Below are positions 17,404 to 26,128 of a stretch of DNA of 64,000 nt, in pieces (within the stretch, counting starts at the first letter, position 1; each line of letters opens with the position of its first letter). Below the pieces are notes generated by a model. The model was not told the origin of the DNA. It did not search any database and saw only the letters and a list, made by a program, of their open reading frames with translations. Source of the stretch: Alphaproteobacteria bacterium (GTDB taxonomy: Bacteria; Pseudomonadota; Alphaproteobacteria; GM7ARS4; G965262615); the NCBI GenBank assembly GCA_965262615.1, contig OZ253545.1, positions 384,001-448,000 of the forward strand, in the 5' to 3' direction. Made by a program: the position numbers and the translations under genes.

Positions 17404-18471
17404 TTAGAGGGTGGAAGAATCTGACGAATCACTGTCTTTGAAGCGCGCTCGCGCGGTGGCAAAACGCTGATGATCCAAATTCAGCTGGCGACAGATGGAT
17501 AGATCCGCTTCACTCAGCGCGGATTGGTGAGAAGACGAAGCATGAGAAGACGGTGTCACAACGGGGGTGAGGGTGGGCTGTCCTTGGAGAAATTGCTCAA
17601 AGCCTTCGGAATCTTGATTGTGATAGCTGATCGCCCACGAACGCAAGGACGGCGGAATTTTGCCTTTGGCAATCGCATCACTGATGCGTTGCTCGCGCGC
17701 TTGGTGGCTTGCGGTCTCTTGGGTCATGGCAAGGCTTTGTGCCAAGGATGATGCGTGGGCGGCTTGTTCGGAAATGATTTTGCTCAAATTCTCTTGCAAT
17801 GCTGACCAATCAGGATCGCCATTGGCATCGGTTTGAGTCACGCCGCTCAGTGTGAGCAATTGGGTGTAGGCATCGCGGGCGGCGGCGGTTTGTTGTTTCA
17901 GGTGAGCGATGGCATCCAAAATGGCTTGCAAGGACAATTCATCATTCTCCCTTTGAATATTGAGGCTTTGAGCAATGGCTTGTGTGGTGTCATGTGTCTG
18001 GTTATGACGGTCCACATTGAGTGCCTTGAGGGCGAGGTTCGGATTATTGGTCAAGCCGGCACGCAAAATACGAAGAATGATGCCGTCATCATCATGAAGA
18101 AAAACGGGACTCAAATAGCGGTATTCTCCTTGTTGAATGGCTTGAGCGGCTTTGGGAGTCCATTCCACATGTCCCCAGATGCCATCGTCTCGTTTTTCAA
18201 TGTCACGAATCCATCCAGCCGCAGGAGCTGCCATGCCCACACCGGGGCGAGCGGCATAATCGGTTTGATGGTCGTAATCAATCACCAAGCCTGTTTCTGA
18301 TTGGCTGGCGCGAATGACTTCATCTATGTTTTCAACATGATAGGGACCGCGTCCATCCTGCCCTGAAAAAATGCCAGACGGCAGCAAATGAACGCATGGA
18401 GGAGCTTTGCCTTCCAGCAAAACTGAATGAATTTCAAGACTCTCGGAAGAGGGATCTGTGTGGCAGCTCAT
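17404..18471 (-). CDS. Mu-like prohead protease/scaffold (gpI family)
   Basis: GQDGRGP, IDYDHQT, APAAGWI, VEWT, YRYLSPVF, AGLTNNPNL; AAGGAG RBS. Confidence 0.93.
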   Translation of the reverse strand: MSCHTDPSSESLEIHSVLLEGKAPPCVHLLPSGIFSGQDGRGPYHVENIDEVIRASQSETGLVIDYDHQTDYAARPGVGMAAPAAGWIRDIEKRDDGIWGHVEWTPKAAQAIQQGEYRYLSPVFLHDDDGIILRILRAGLTNNPNLALKALNVDRHNQTHDTTQAIAQSLNIQRENDELSLQAILDAIAHLKQQTAAARDAYTQLLTLSGVTQTDANGDPDWSALQENLSKIISEQAAHASSLAQSLAMTQETASHQAREQRISDAIAKGKIPPSLRSWAISYHNQDSEGFEQFLQGQPTLTPVVTPSSHASSSHQSALSEADLSICRQLNLDHQRFATARARFKDSDSSDSSTL

Positions 18472-18525
18472 GGATGCTCCTTGCTTGAGGTGGTAGCATC
18501 AAGATGAGCGGATTTGGAAAAATCG

Positions 18526-19338
18526 CTACGGCGTAATTGTGTCAGCGGGGCACTGGGAATCTGACACGGTGACCGATTCTGTCGTGAAGTGAAGCGTCAT
18601 GGTGTCGGTTTCCAGGGTCATTTTTCTTGCGGGTCCTTGCTTTTGCAAATGGATTGTGTATGTGGCGACGGGCGTTGGCATTTCTTGTTTTGTGGAGGTT
18701 GGATCGTAATAGCTCAATTGCACAGGCAGGATGCCTTGGCGCACCTGACCGATGATGGCGGTGGCGTTATAATAGTCAAGTTCTTGGGTGTGTGCCCCCT
18801 CAAAGAAGGGAAAATGAACAATGGTCTGACCATTTTCTGCCGCTTGCCACAGCAGTCGCTGCATGGAAATGGGAAAGCTGGGTTTGACATTTAATTTTTT
18901 GTGAAGATTCATGGGATTATCATAATCCACCGTGCTGTCTGTCTGGCGATGCGAAATTCGTCCTGCCTCCTGCACCAAAACATTCTTGTCTTTTTTGACA
19001 AATGTATCAAAGCGATACCATGAGCCATCGGCGGCTTCTTTTTGATGATGCTCCGAATAGAACTGTGTGACCATGCCGGCATGAGATGCGGTGCGCAATG
19101 CCATACGCGTCTGGGTCTCGTAGTGGGTGCAGTGAAAAATAACCCGTGAAGATAAAACTCCCAAGCCTTGTGAAAAAACATCCAATTGGCTACCTTGATG
19201 AGGTCTGAGCGCGACATCAATGCGGTAGGTCACATCATAATTGCTGACTTGCCGCGTGGGGTCATCGGCGAAGGCAGGGACAGTGGAAAAAAGGAGCAAT
19301 ACCCAAAACATCGTTACTAATGGTCGCAGGAGAATCAT
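18526..19338 (-). CDS. Periplasmic EipB/DUF1849-like protein
   Basis: Signal peptide; EAADGSWYRF, FPISM, FFEG, PVQLSYYD..PTP.Y resemble EipB family. Confidence 0.55.
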   Translation of the reverse strand: MILLRPLVTMFWVLLLFSTVPAFADDPTRQVSNYDVTYRIDVALRPHQGSQLDVFSQGLGVLSSRVIFHCTHYETQTRMALRTASHAGMVTQFYSEHHQKEAADGSWYRFDTFVKKDKNVLVQEAGRISHRQTDSTVDYDNPMNLHKKLNVKPSFPISMQRLLWQAAENGQTIVHFPFFEGAHTQELDYYNATAIIGQVRQGILPVQLSYYDPTSTKQEMPTPVATYTIHLQKQGPARKMTLETDTMTLHFTTESVTVSDSQCPADTITP

Positions 19339-19340
19339 GT

Positions 19341-22115
19341 ATGGATGATGAAATTTTATACGCTGCTAATCAATCTTTTTTAGAGGATGTGGAGCGTCGT
19401 TTGTCTTCTCATGGAGAGGGGGTGGATGCTCATTGGCAGTCATTCTTTGCGGGCTTTGCGGACTTTGCGGGGGTGCGTGAGAACGGTGAGGAAGCGTCAT
19501 CGGCTCGTTTATCGGAGGCGGCGTTGCGTCAGACATTGGGGGCCTATGGGATGATTCGTGGGTATCGGGCGCGCGGTCATTTATCGGCGACATTAGATCC
19601 ATTGGGGCTGACCAAACCACTCTTACAAGAGGATTTAGATCCCCATCACTACGGTTTTTCCGATCGTGACGGCAGCACGCCGATTTTCATCGGCGGCAGG
19701 CTGGCGGGATTACGCCATGCCACCCTCAATGAAATTTTGGATATTTTACGCCGTGCCTACGGTGGCAATGACACCGTGGAATACATGCATGTGGAAAATC
19801 CCGAAGAGCGTCTTTGGATTCAGGGAGTGATGGAGACACAAGAGGCGACATCAGCTCTTTCTCATGAGGAGCAGAGGTTGATTTTGCGTCAATTGATGAA
19901 GGCGGAAATTCTTGAGCATGTTTTGCAACGCCGCCATCCTGGGAGCAAGCGGTTTGGCTTGGAGGGATCGGAATCTTTTATTGTGGCGATGAATGGTGTC
20001 ATTGATGATGCCGCCGCTCGTTCAATGCAAGAATTGGTGTTAGGGATGGCACACAGAGGCAGAATCAATGCTCTGGCGCATGTGGTGGAGAGTCCGTTGC
20101 CGTTCATTTTTGGACGCTTTCAGGGTGGCGGCAAGACCCAGCATGATGAGCACAGCACGGGGGATGTTCTTTATCATGCGGGCGTCTCGGTGGATAAAGA
20201 AACGCAGCACGGTTCAATTCATCTTTCCTTGGTTGCCAACCCATCTCATCTGGAGTGTGTCTCGCCCGTGGTGCTGGGCAAGGTGCGGGCGCGTCAAGAG
20301 TATTATGCCACCCATGATTTGGATGCTGTCGATTCGGTGCTGCCACTGTTGGTGCATGGCGATGCATCCTATGCGGGGCAGGGAATTGTCAGTGAGACTT
20401 TTGATCTTTCGGATTTGGATTATTACCGTGTGGGGGGAGCGATTCATATCATCATCAACAATCAAATTGGCTTTACCACCGCCCCCTCCAAGGCTCGGTC
20501 ATCACGGTATTGTTCTGACAAAGCCAAAGCCATTGGTGCACCGATTTTTCATGTCAATGGCGATGATCCGGAGGCGGTATTGCGGGTGATGGGAATTGCA
20601 TGTGCCTTTCGGGCGCGCTTTCATAAGGATGTGGTGGTGGATCTCATGGGCTATCGACGGCATGGTCACAGTGAGATTGATGACCCCACCTTCACGCAGC
20701 CTCTGATGTATCGGGCGATTAAAAATCATCCCACAGTCACCGACATCTATGCTGAGCGATTGATGGAGCAATCGGTCATCACGGAATCTCAATATAAAAA
20801 GTGGCGCAAAGACATTGATGCCCGCTACAGTGATGCCTACAGACAGTCTGCCGACTGGCGGGACGAAAAAAAAGACTGGTTGCAAATGTACTGGAGTGGC
20901 TTTCAGGCACAAGACAGTGGGGCTTCCGCCAAGAATACGGGGGTGAACACACAATTGCTGCGTCAGTTGGGACGGACGATTTTCACGCCGCCTTCTCATG
21001 CCAATCTTCATGGCAAGGCTAAAAAATTGTACGAGGAACGCCTGCAAAAGCTCACAGCAGGCAAGGGCATTGATTGGGGGACGGCGGAATTGTTGGCATT
21101 TGCGACACTGCTTCATGAGGGGACATCCATTCGTATGAGTGGAGAGGATTCCGTCAGAGGCACATTTTCCAGTCGCCATGCGGCGTTGGTTGATCAAGAG
21201 ACTGGGGAGGATTTTATGCCATTGCGGCAGGTGCGAGACGATGTGTCGTGTGACATCATTGATAGCCCTCTCATGGAATTGGGCGTTTTGGGATTTGAGT
21301 ATGGTTATTCGCTCTCTTCCCCTCGTCATTTGGTGTTGTGGGAGGCTCAATTTGGAGATTTTGCCAATGGGGCACAGGTTATTTTTGACCAATTTCTCAC
21401 CTCATCGGAAGCCAAGTGGCTGCGGATGTCGGGTCTCGTGGTGCTGTTGCCTCATGGATACGATGGACAAGGACCGGATCACTCATCGGCTCGTTTAGAG
21501 CGATATTTGCAACAATGTGCGGCGGATAACATTCAGATTGCCAATTGCACCACGCCTGCCAATTATTTTCATTTGTTGCGCCGCCAGATGCATCGTCCTT
21601 TTCGCAAGCCGCTGATTGTGATGACACCGAAATCACTGTTGCGTCACAAAGAGTGCGTGTCAGATATCGGTGACTTTGCTGAAAACACGCGCTTTCACCG
21701 TTTGTTGGATGACGGCACTCACAAAGGCAAGAAGTCGGCTGAGCAGGTCACGCGCATCATTTTTTGTTGTGGCAAAATTTATTACGACTTGCATCAGATG
21801 CGTGTGCAAGAGAAAGTTCGTGACTGCGCTCTTATTCGTTTTGAGCAATTGTATCCGTTTGCGGGCTTGTCGGTGTCTTCGCTTTTGCAGCGGTATCCGT
21901 TGGCATCGGATTATGTGTGGTGTCAGGAAGAGCCTGAGAATATGGGAGCGTGGCGTTATATGCGCTTTCGCTTGACGGAGGTTTTGCCGCGCGGCTCTGC
22001 GTTGCGTTGTGTGTCTCGTGCGGCGGCGGCGAGTGCGGCGGTGGGACAAAAATCACGCCATGAGCGCGAGCAGCAAAAAGTGGTGCATCAAGCATTGGGA
22101 TTGAAGGGAGAGTGA
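19341..22115 (+). CDS. sucA: 2-oxoglutarate dehydrogenase E1
   Basis: KRFGLEG, GMAHRGR, NPSHLE, HGDASYAGQG, WEAQFGDFANGAQ, RKPLIVMTPKSLLR. Confidence 0.96.
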   Translation: MDDEILYAANQSFLEDVERRLSSHGEGVDAHWQSFFAGFADFAGVRENGEEASSARLSEAALRQTLGAYGMIRGYRARGHLSATLDPLGLTKPLLQEDLDPHHYGFSDRDGSTPIFIGGRLAGLRHATLNEILDILRRAYGGNDTVEYMHVENPEERLWIQGVMETQEATSALSHEEQRLILRQLMKAEILEHVLQRRHPGSKRFGLEGSESFIVAMNGVIDDAAARSMQELVLGMAHRGRINALAHVVESPLPFIFGRFQGGGKTQHDEHSTGDVLYHAGVSVDKETQHGSIHLSLVANPSHLECVSPVVLGKVRARQEYYATHDLDAVDSVLPLLVHGDASYAGQGIVSETFDLSDLDYYRVGGAIHIIINNQIGFTTAPSKARSSRYCSDKAKAIGAPIFHVNGDDPEAVLRVMGIACAFRARFHKDVVVDLMGYRRHGHSEIDDPTFTQPLMYRAIKNHPTVTDIYAERLMEQSVITESQYKKWRKDIDARYSDAYRQSADWRDEKKDWLQMYWSGFQAQDSGASAKNTGVNTQLLRQLGRTIFTPPSHANLHGKAKKLYEERLQKLTAGKGIDWGTAELLAFATLLHEGTSIRMSGEDSVRGTFSSRHAALVDQETGEDFMPLRQVRDDVSCDIIDSPLMELGVLGFEYGYSLSSPRHLVLWEAQFGDFANGAQVIFDQFLTSSEAKWLRMSGLVVLLPHGYDGQGPDHSSARLERYLQQCAADNIQIANCTTPANYFHLLRRQMHRPFRKPLIVMTPKSLLRHKECVSDIGDFAENTRFHRLLDDGTHKGKKSAEQVTRIIFCCGKIYYDLHQMRVQEKVRDCALIRFEQLYPFAGLSVSSLLQRYPLASDYVWCQEEPENMGAWRYMRFRLTEVLPRGSALRCVSRAAAASAAVGQKSRHEREQQKVVHQALGLKGE

Positions 22116-23269
22116 TGATGAAGACAGCAATTACCATTCCTCCGTTGGGAGAGTCGGTGGAGCAGGCGACCATTATTGAATGGATGAAGAAAGAAGGTGA
22201 TGTCATTCAGCAAGATGACATGCTTTTGACTCTTGAGACCGATAAAGTGACATTGGAAGTGTATGCTCCGATGGATGGGGTCTTGGTGGCGATTGATTGT
22301 GCGGCTGAATCGGTTGTGGAGAGTGGTTCGGTGGTGGGCTTTATTCAATCGGGCGATCAAGCCAAAGGATCTGCCAAAACTCGCATGACACCACAAGCAT
22401 CGCCATCTACTTCTGAGAAAAAACCGTTGCCAAAAAAGGTGACTAAGTCACAAAAGCCAATTGTTGCAAGACAATTGTCCAATGGGGAGGTGGAGGATGA
22501 CCACACACTGGACTGGCTTTTACGAGAACCCACAGAACCAAAAGAGCAAAAGACAGATTCATCGCCTTCTCGCGGTGAGCACACGATTCCATTGACGCCT
22601 TTGCGCCGACGCATTGCTGCTCGTCTCAAGGAGGCACAAAATCAGGCAGCCATTCTGACCACCTTCAATGAGGTGGATATGAGTGCAGTGATGGCTTTGC
22701 GCCGTGAGCATGGGGAGGCTTTTGTCAAGCGTCATGGGGTGCGACTGGGTTACATGGGTTTGTTTGTGTGTGCGTGCACCCATGCGCTGCGATGTTATCC
22801 GATGGTGAATAGTTATTTTGCGGATGATGGCATCACGCAGCATGATTATTGCGATATTGGCATTGCCATTTCTGTCTCCAATGGCTTGGTGGTTCCTGTG
22901 TTGCGTGATACCCACGCCATGGGCGTTGCCGATGTGGAAAAGGCGATTGTCTCTTACGCCGAGGCGGCACAGGAGGGGAGACTCAAGCCTCAAGATTTGC
23001 GCGGTGGCACATTCACCATTACCAATGGGGGTGTGTTTGGGTCAATGTTGTCCACGCCCATATTGAATCCGCCACAGTCTGCCATTTTGGGCATGCATGC
23101 CATCACCGAGCGGGCGATGGTGGTGGATGGTTCGGTGGTGGCGCGCCCCGTGATGTATCTGGCTTTGAGCTATGACCATCGCATTTTGGATGGCAAAGAT
23201 GCGGTGCTGTTTTTGCGGCATGTCAAAGAATCTATTGAAAAGCCTCAGAGGCTTTTGTTGTCACTGTGA
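22112..23269 (+). CDS. sucB: Dihydrolipoamide succinyltransferase E2
   Basis: Lipoyl ETDKV, TTFNEVDM, GGTFTITNGG, LSYDHR. Confidence 0.96.
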   Translation: MMMKTAITIPPLGESVEQATIIEWMKKEGDVIQQDDMLLTLETDKVTLEVYAPMDGVLVAIDCAAESVVESGSVVGFIQSGDQAKGSAKTRMTPQASPSTSEKKPLPKKVTKSQKPIVARQLSNGEVEDDHTLDWLLREPTEPKEQKTDSSPSRGEHTIPLTPLRRRIAARLKEAQNQAAILTTFNEVDMSAVMALRREHGEAFVKRHGVRLGYMGLFVCACTHALRCYPMVNSYFADDGITQHDYCDIGIAISVSNGLVVPVLRDTHAMGVADVEKAIVSYAEAAQEGRLKPQDLRGGTFTITNGGVFGSMLSTPILNPPQSAILGMHAITERAMVVDGSVVARPVMYLALSYDHRILDGKDAVLFLRHVKESIEKPQRLLLSL

Positions 23270-24675
23270 TGAAGTGTGATGTGGCGGTCATTGGAGCGGG
23301 GCCTGGAGGCTATGTGGCGGCATTAAGGGCGGCACTGCGCGGCTTGCGAGTGGTGTTGATTGATGCACGAGGGGCGGCGGGGGGAGCGTGTTTGTTTGAG
23401 GGATGCATTCCATCCAAGGCACTGCTTCATTCATCCTTGATTTTTTCCCAATTGCAGCAAGGAGCGTATGGGTCTCATGGCATTGTGACGGATGCCCCTC
23501 AATTGCGTCTTGCGGATATGATGGTGCGTAAAGACGCTATTATTGACCGATTGCAAACGGGAGTGTCTTTTTTGCTGAAAAAACGCAAAGTGACATTTGT
23601 GCAGGGACACGCGCATTTTGTCGGCGGACACCAATTGGCTCTTGTGGATGAGAGCGGCACTCAGTCTTCTCTTTCCTTTAAGGATGCCATTATTGCGACA
23701 GGCTCTGTGCCCATGATGCTTGATACCCTGCCGTGTGATGGCAGGCATGTCATTGATTCAACGGCAGCTCTCTCACTTGCTGCTGTGCCGAAGCGTCTGC
23801 TTGTGGTGGGGGCGGGATTTATTGGTCTTGAGCTGGGGTCGGTGTGGCATCGTTTGGGCTCAAAGGTGGAGGTGGTGGATATGGCGGGGCGCATTGCGGC
23901 GGGCATGGATGAGGAACTGAGTGCACACCTGGCGACAATCTTGCAACAACAGGGCTTGCGGTTTCATCTTGAGTCACGGGTGACGGCGATGACCATCAAG
24001 GACACACAGGTGCATGTGACGGTGCATGACAATAAAACCGACAAAACAACTGAATTGACGGTAGATTGCGTGTTGCAGGCGGTGGGTCGCCGTCCGTGTA
24101 CGGATGGTTTGGGCTTGGAAGAGACGGCGGTGCAAACGGATGAGCACGGCTTTATTCGCACACGGGAAGATTTTCGCACCGATGATCAACACATTTATGC
24201 CATCGGCGATGTGCGAGGCGGGGCACTGTTGGCGCATAAAGCCAGTGAGGAGGCGATTGTGTGCGTGGATGGCATGACGGGACGAGGGCATCGGCGCAAT
24301 TGGCTCGTGCCATCGGTTCTTTATACCGAGCCTGAAGTGGCAAGTGTGGGATTTTATGAGACACTTTTGCGCCAAAAAAATGTTCCCTACAAAAAAAGTA
24401 CCATTCCGTTCTCCTCTGTGGGACGCTCACTGACCAATGGACACAGTGAGGGGTTTATCAAACTGCTGGCACATCGAGACACGGATGTGCTGCTGGGGGT
24501 TCACTGCTTGGGACACGAGGCGAGCACCCTCATTGGCGAGGCATCGGCATTGTTGGCGCGAAGAGCGTCGGCGCGAGAATTAGCGGAAATTTGTCACGCC
24601 CATCCCACAAACAATGAGATTTTCAAGGAGGCGGCTCTCGCATCTCTTGGGGAGGGGTTGCATCATGTTGGCTAA
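23266..24675 (+). CDS. lpdA: Dihydrolipoamide dehydrogenase
   Basis: GAGPGGY, CLFEGCIPSK, GAGFIGLE, HAHPT. Confidence 0.95.
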   Translation: MMKCDVAVIGAGPGGYVAALRAALRGLRVVLIDARGAAGGACLFEGCIPSKALLHSSLIFSQLQQGAYGSHGIVTDAPQLRLADMMVRKDAIIDRLQTGVSFLLKKRKVTFVQGHAHFVGGHQLALVDESGTQSSLSFKDAIIATGSVPMMLDTLPCDGRHVIDSTAALSLAAVPKRLLVVGAGFIGLELGSVWHRLGSKVEVVDMAGRIAAGMDEELSAHLATILQQQGLRFHLESRVTAMTIKDTQVHVTVHDNKTDKTTELTVDCVLQAVGRRPCTDGLGLEETAVQTDEHGFIRTREDFRTDDQHIYAIGDVRGGALLAHKASEEAIVCVDGMTGRGHRRNWLVPSVLYTEPEVASVGFYETLLRQKNVPYKKSTIPFSSVGRSLTNGHSEGFIKLLAHRDTDVLLGVHCLGHEASTLIGEASALLARRASARELAEICHAHPTNNEIFKEAALASLGEGLHHVG

Positions 24676-25202
24676 AAAAGCGAGAAGAAATCGTCCACGA
24701 TGTCGGTGTCTTGCTCTTCTGGGGTGACTTCTTCTTGCCACAGGTGTTTTTCTTGGGTGATGTAATCGTCAATGTCTTTTTGATCCGCGACAGGAACGGC
24801 ATCAAGCAGTGTTTGTTCGCAGGAAAAGCGAGCCGTCCAGATGCATGCATCACCCAGAGACAGGCGGCGACACGATTGTTTGAGAGAATCCAGACACTGA
24901 CGGGCGGCAGTTTTACGGCGTTCTTCTAAGGGATCTTTGACAGATTCTTCTTGTTCCGTTTCTTCTTGGACTTCTTCTTGCTTTTCTTCCTCTTCTTCCT
25001 TTGGTATTGACACAGTTGCTTGCTCATCTGTGCTGGGTGGTGGCTCTTCTGGGAGCAAGAGGAGGTCGTCAATGCGATAATTGTAGTGGCAGTGCAGCTT
25101 GTCTTTGGCAAAATAGTGACAGACTCCGCCTTGTGCGGGTTCTTTATGGGCGTTCGCAAGGGATGGCATCAGTAGCAGGATTATGATGGCGAGGGACATC
25201 AT
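24672..25202 (-). CDS. Hypothetical secreted acidic protein with six Cys
   Basis: ATG 25202 overlaps xerC stop; signal peptide MMSLAIIILLLMPSLANA; Glu-rich linker. Confidence 0.6.
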   Translation of the reverse strand: MMSLAIIILLLMPSLANAHKEPAQGGVCHYFAKDKLHCHYNYRIDDLLLLPEEPPPSTDEQATVSIPKEEEEEKQEEVQEETEQEESVKDPLEERRKTAARQCLDSLKQSCRRLSLGDACIWTARFSCEQTLLDAVPVADQKDIDDYITQEKHLWQEEVTPEEQDTDIVDDFFSLF

Positions 25203-26128
25203 GAGCGGGCGCGCGGGTGTGATTTTTGGTAAGCTTGCATGAGATGGACGCGATCCACATGGGTGTAATGTTCGGTGCTGGCAAGAGATTGGTGTCCAAG
25301 CAGAGATTGTATGGTTCGCAAATCTGCGCCATCTTGCAAGAGGTGCGTGGCAAAAGCATGGCGCAAGCTGTGAGGTGTCAGTTGAGGCGAGAGTCCAAGA
25401 GCCGCGCGTTTGTGCCTGAGCCATTGCTGAATGACACCCACATGGATGCGTTTGCCTTGTGTGCCGTAAAAAACGGGATGATGGGATTCCTGCGGGAAAG
25501 GAAGTTTTTGGCGATAATGGGTCACCGCTTGTGTCACAATGGGAATGAGGGGAATGTGTCGCTCATAGCCGCCTTTGCCGATGACGCACACGGTGGCGGT
25601 GTCCATATGATGCCAATTGAGTCCCGCCACTTCGCCGACACGCAATCCGCTACCATAAAGAAGCATGAGGATGGCGTAATTGCGAGCGGTAATCCATGAA
25701 GGCTCACGGGATTTCATCGCAGACGCATCTTGAAACAGAGTTTGCAATTGATGATTGTGAGGCACATGAGGAAGGGGTTGAGGCGCGCGCCCGGTGTTTA
25801 TTTTTGTCATGGCGATGGCAAGGGGGCTGTCGGTGCTGTGAGTGAATTGCAGCCAGTGGCTGAGGGCGGAGAGACAGCGCGCCATGGAGCGTTTGCTCAC
25901 CCCATCTTCATGTCGTCTCGCAAGAAAGGCTCGAAATTGCGGCAAGGAACATGCCAACAAATCTTGAGTGGCGGGTGGTTTGATGGAATTCCCTTTTATG
26001 AATTGAGCCAATTGTCTCACATCGGCAACATAGGCGCGTCTGGTGTGACGGCTATATCCTTTGTGGTGCATGGCATCATTCCACAAGGAGAGGCTGTGTT
26101 CGTAGGATGATTTCGGTGTTAACGCCAC
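25199..26128 (-). CDS. xerC: Tyrosine recombinase XerC
   Basis: LYGSGLRVGE, GKGG, TPHSLRHAFATHLL, LLGHQSLASTEHY; lpdA-xerC-priA context. Confidence 0.9.
   Translation of the reverse strand: MALTPKSSYEHSLSLWNDAMHHKGYSRHTRRAYVADVRQLAQFIKGNSIKPPATQDLLACSLPQFRAFLARRHEDGVSKRSMARCLSALSHWLQFTHSTDSPLAIAMTKINTGRAPQPLPHVPHNHQLQTLFQDASAMKSREPSWITARNYAILMLLYGSGLRVGEVAGLNWHHMDTATVCVIGKGGYERHIPLIPIVTQAVTHYRQKLPFPQESHHPVFYGTQGKRIHVGVIQQWLRHKRAALGLSPQLTPHSLRHAFATHLLQDGADLRTIQSLLGHQSLASTEHYTHVDRVHLMQAYQKSHPRARS

Larger units (their letters stand above)
3031..18471 (-). mobile_element. Phage-derived virion structural module (Mu-like head plus non-contractile tail); defective prophage or GTA-like element
   Basis: Co-oriented head and tail genes in canonical order next to tRNA-Arg; no packaging, replication or integration genes seen in the window. 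Confidence 0.85.

Noticed and set aside
18507-18515. AGCGGATTT match to tRNA-Arg as an att site
   Set aside because: Only 9 bp, not the tRNA 3' end, and no integrase; chance is sufficient
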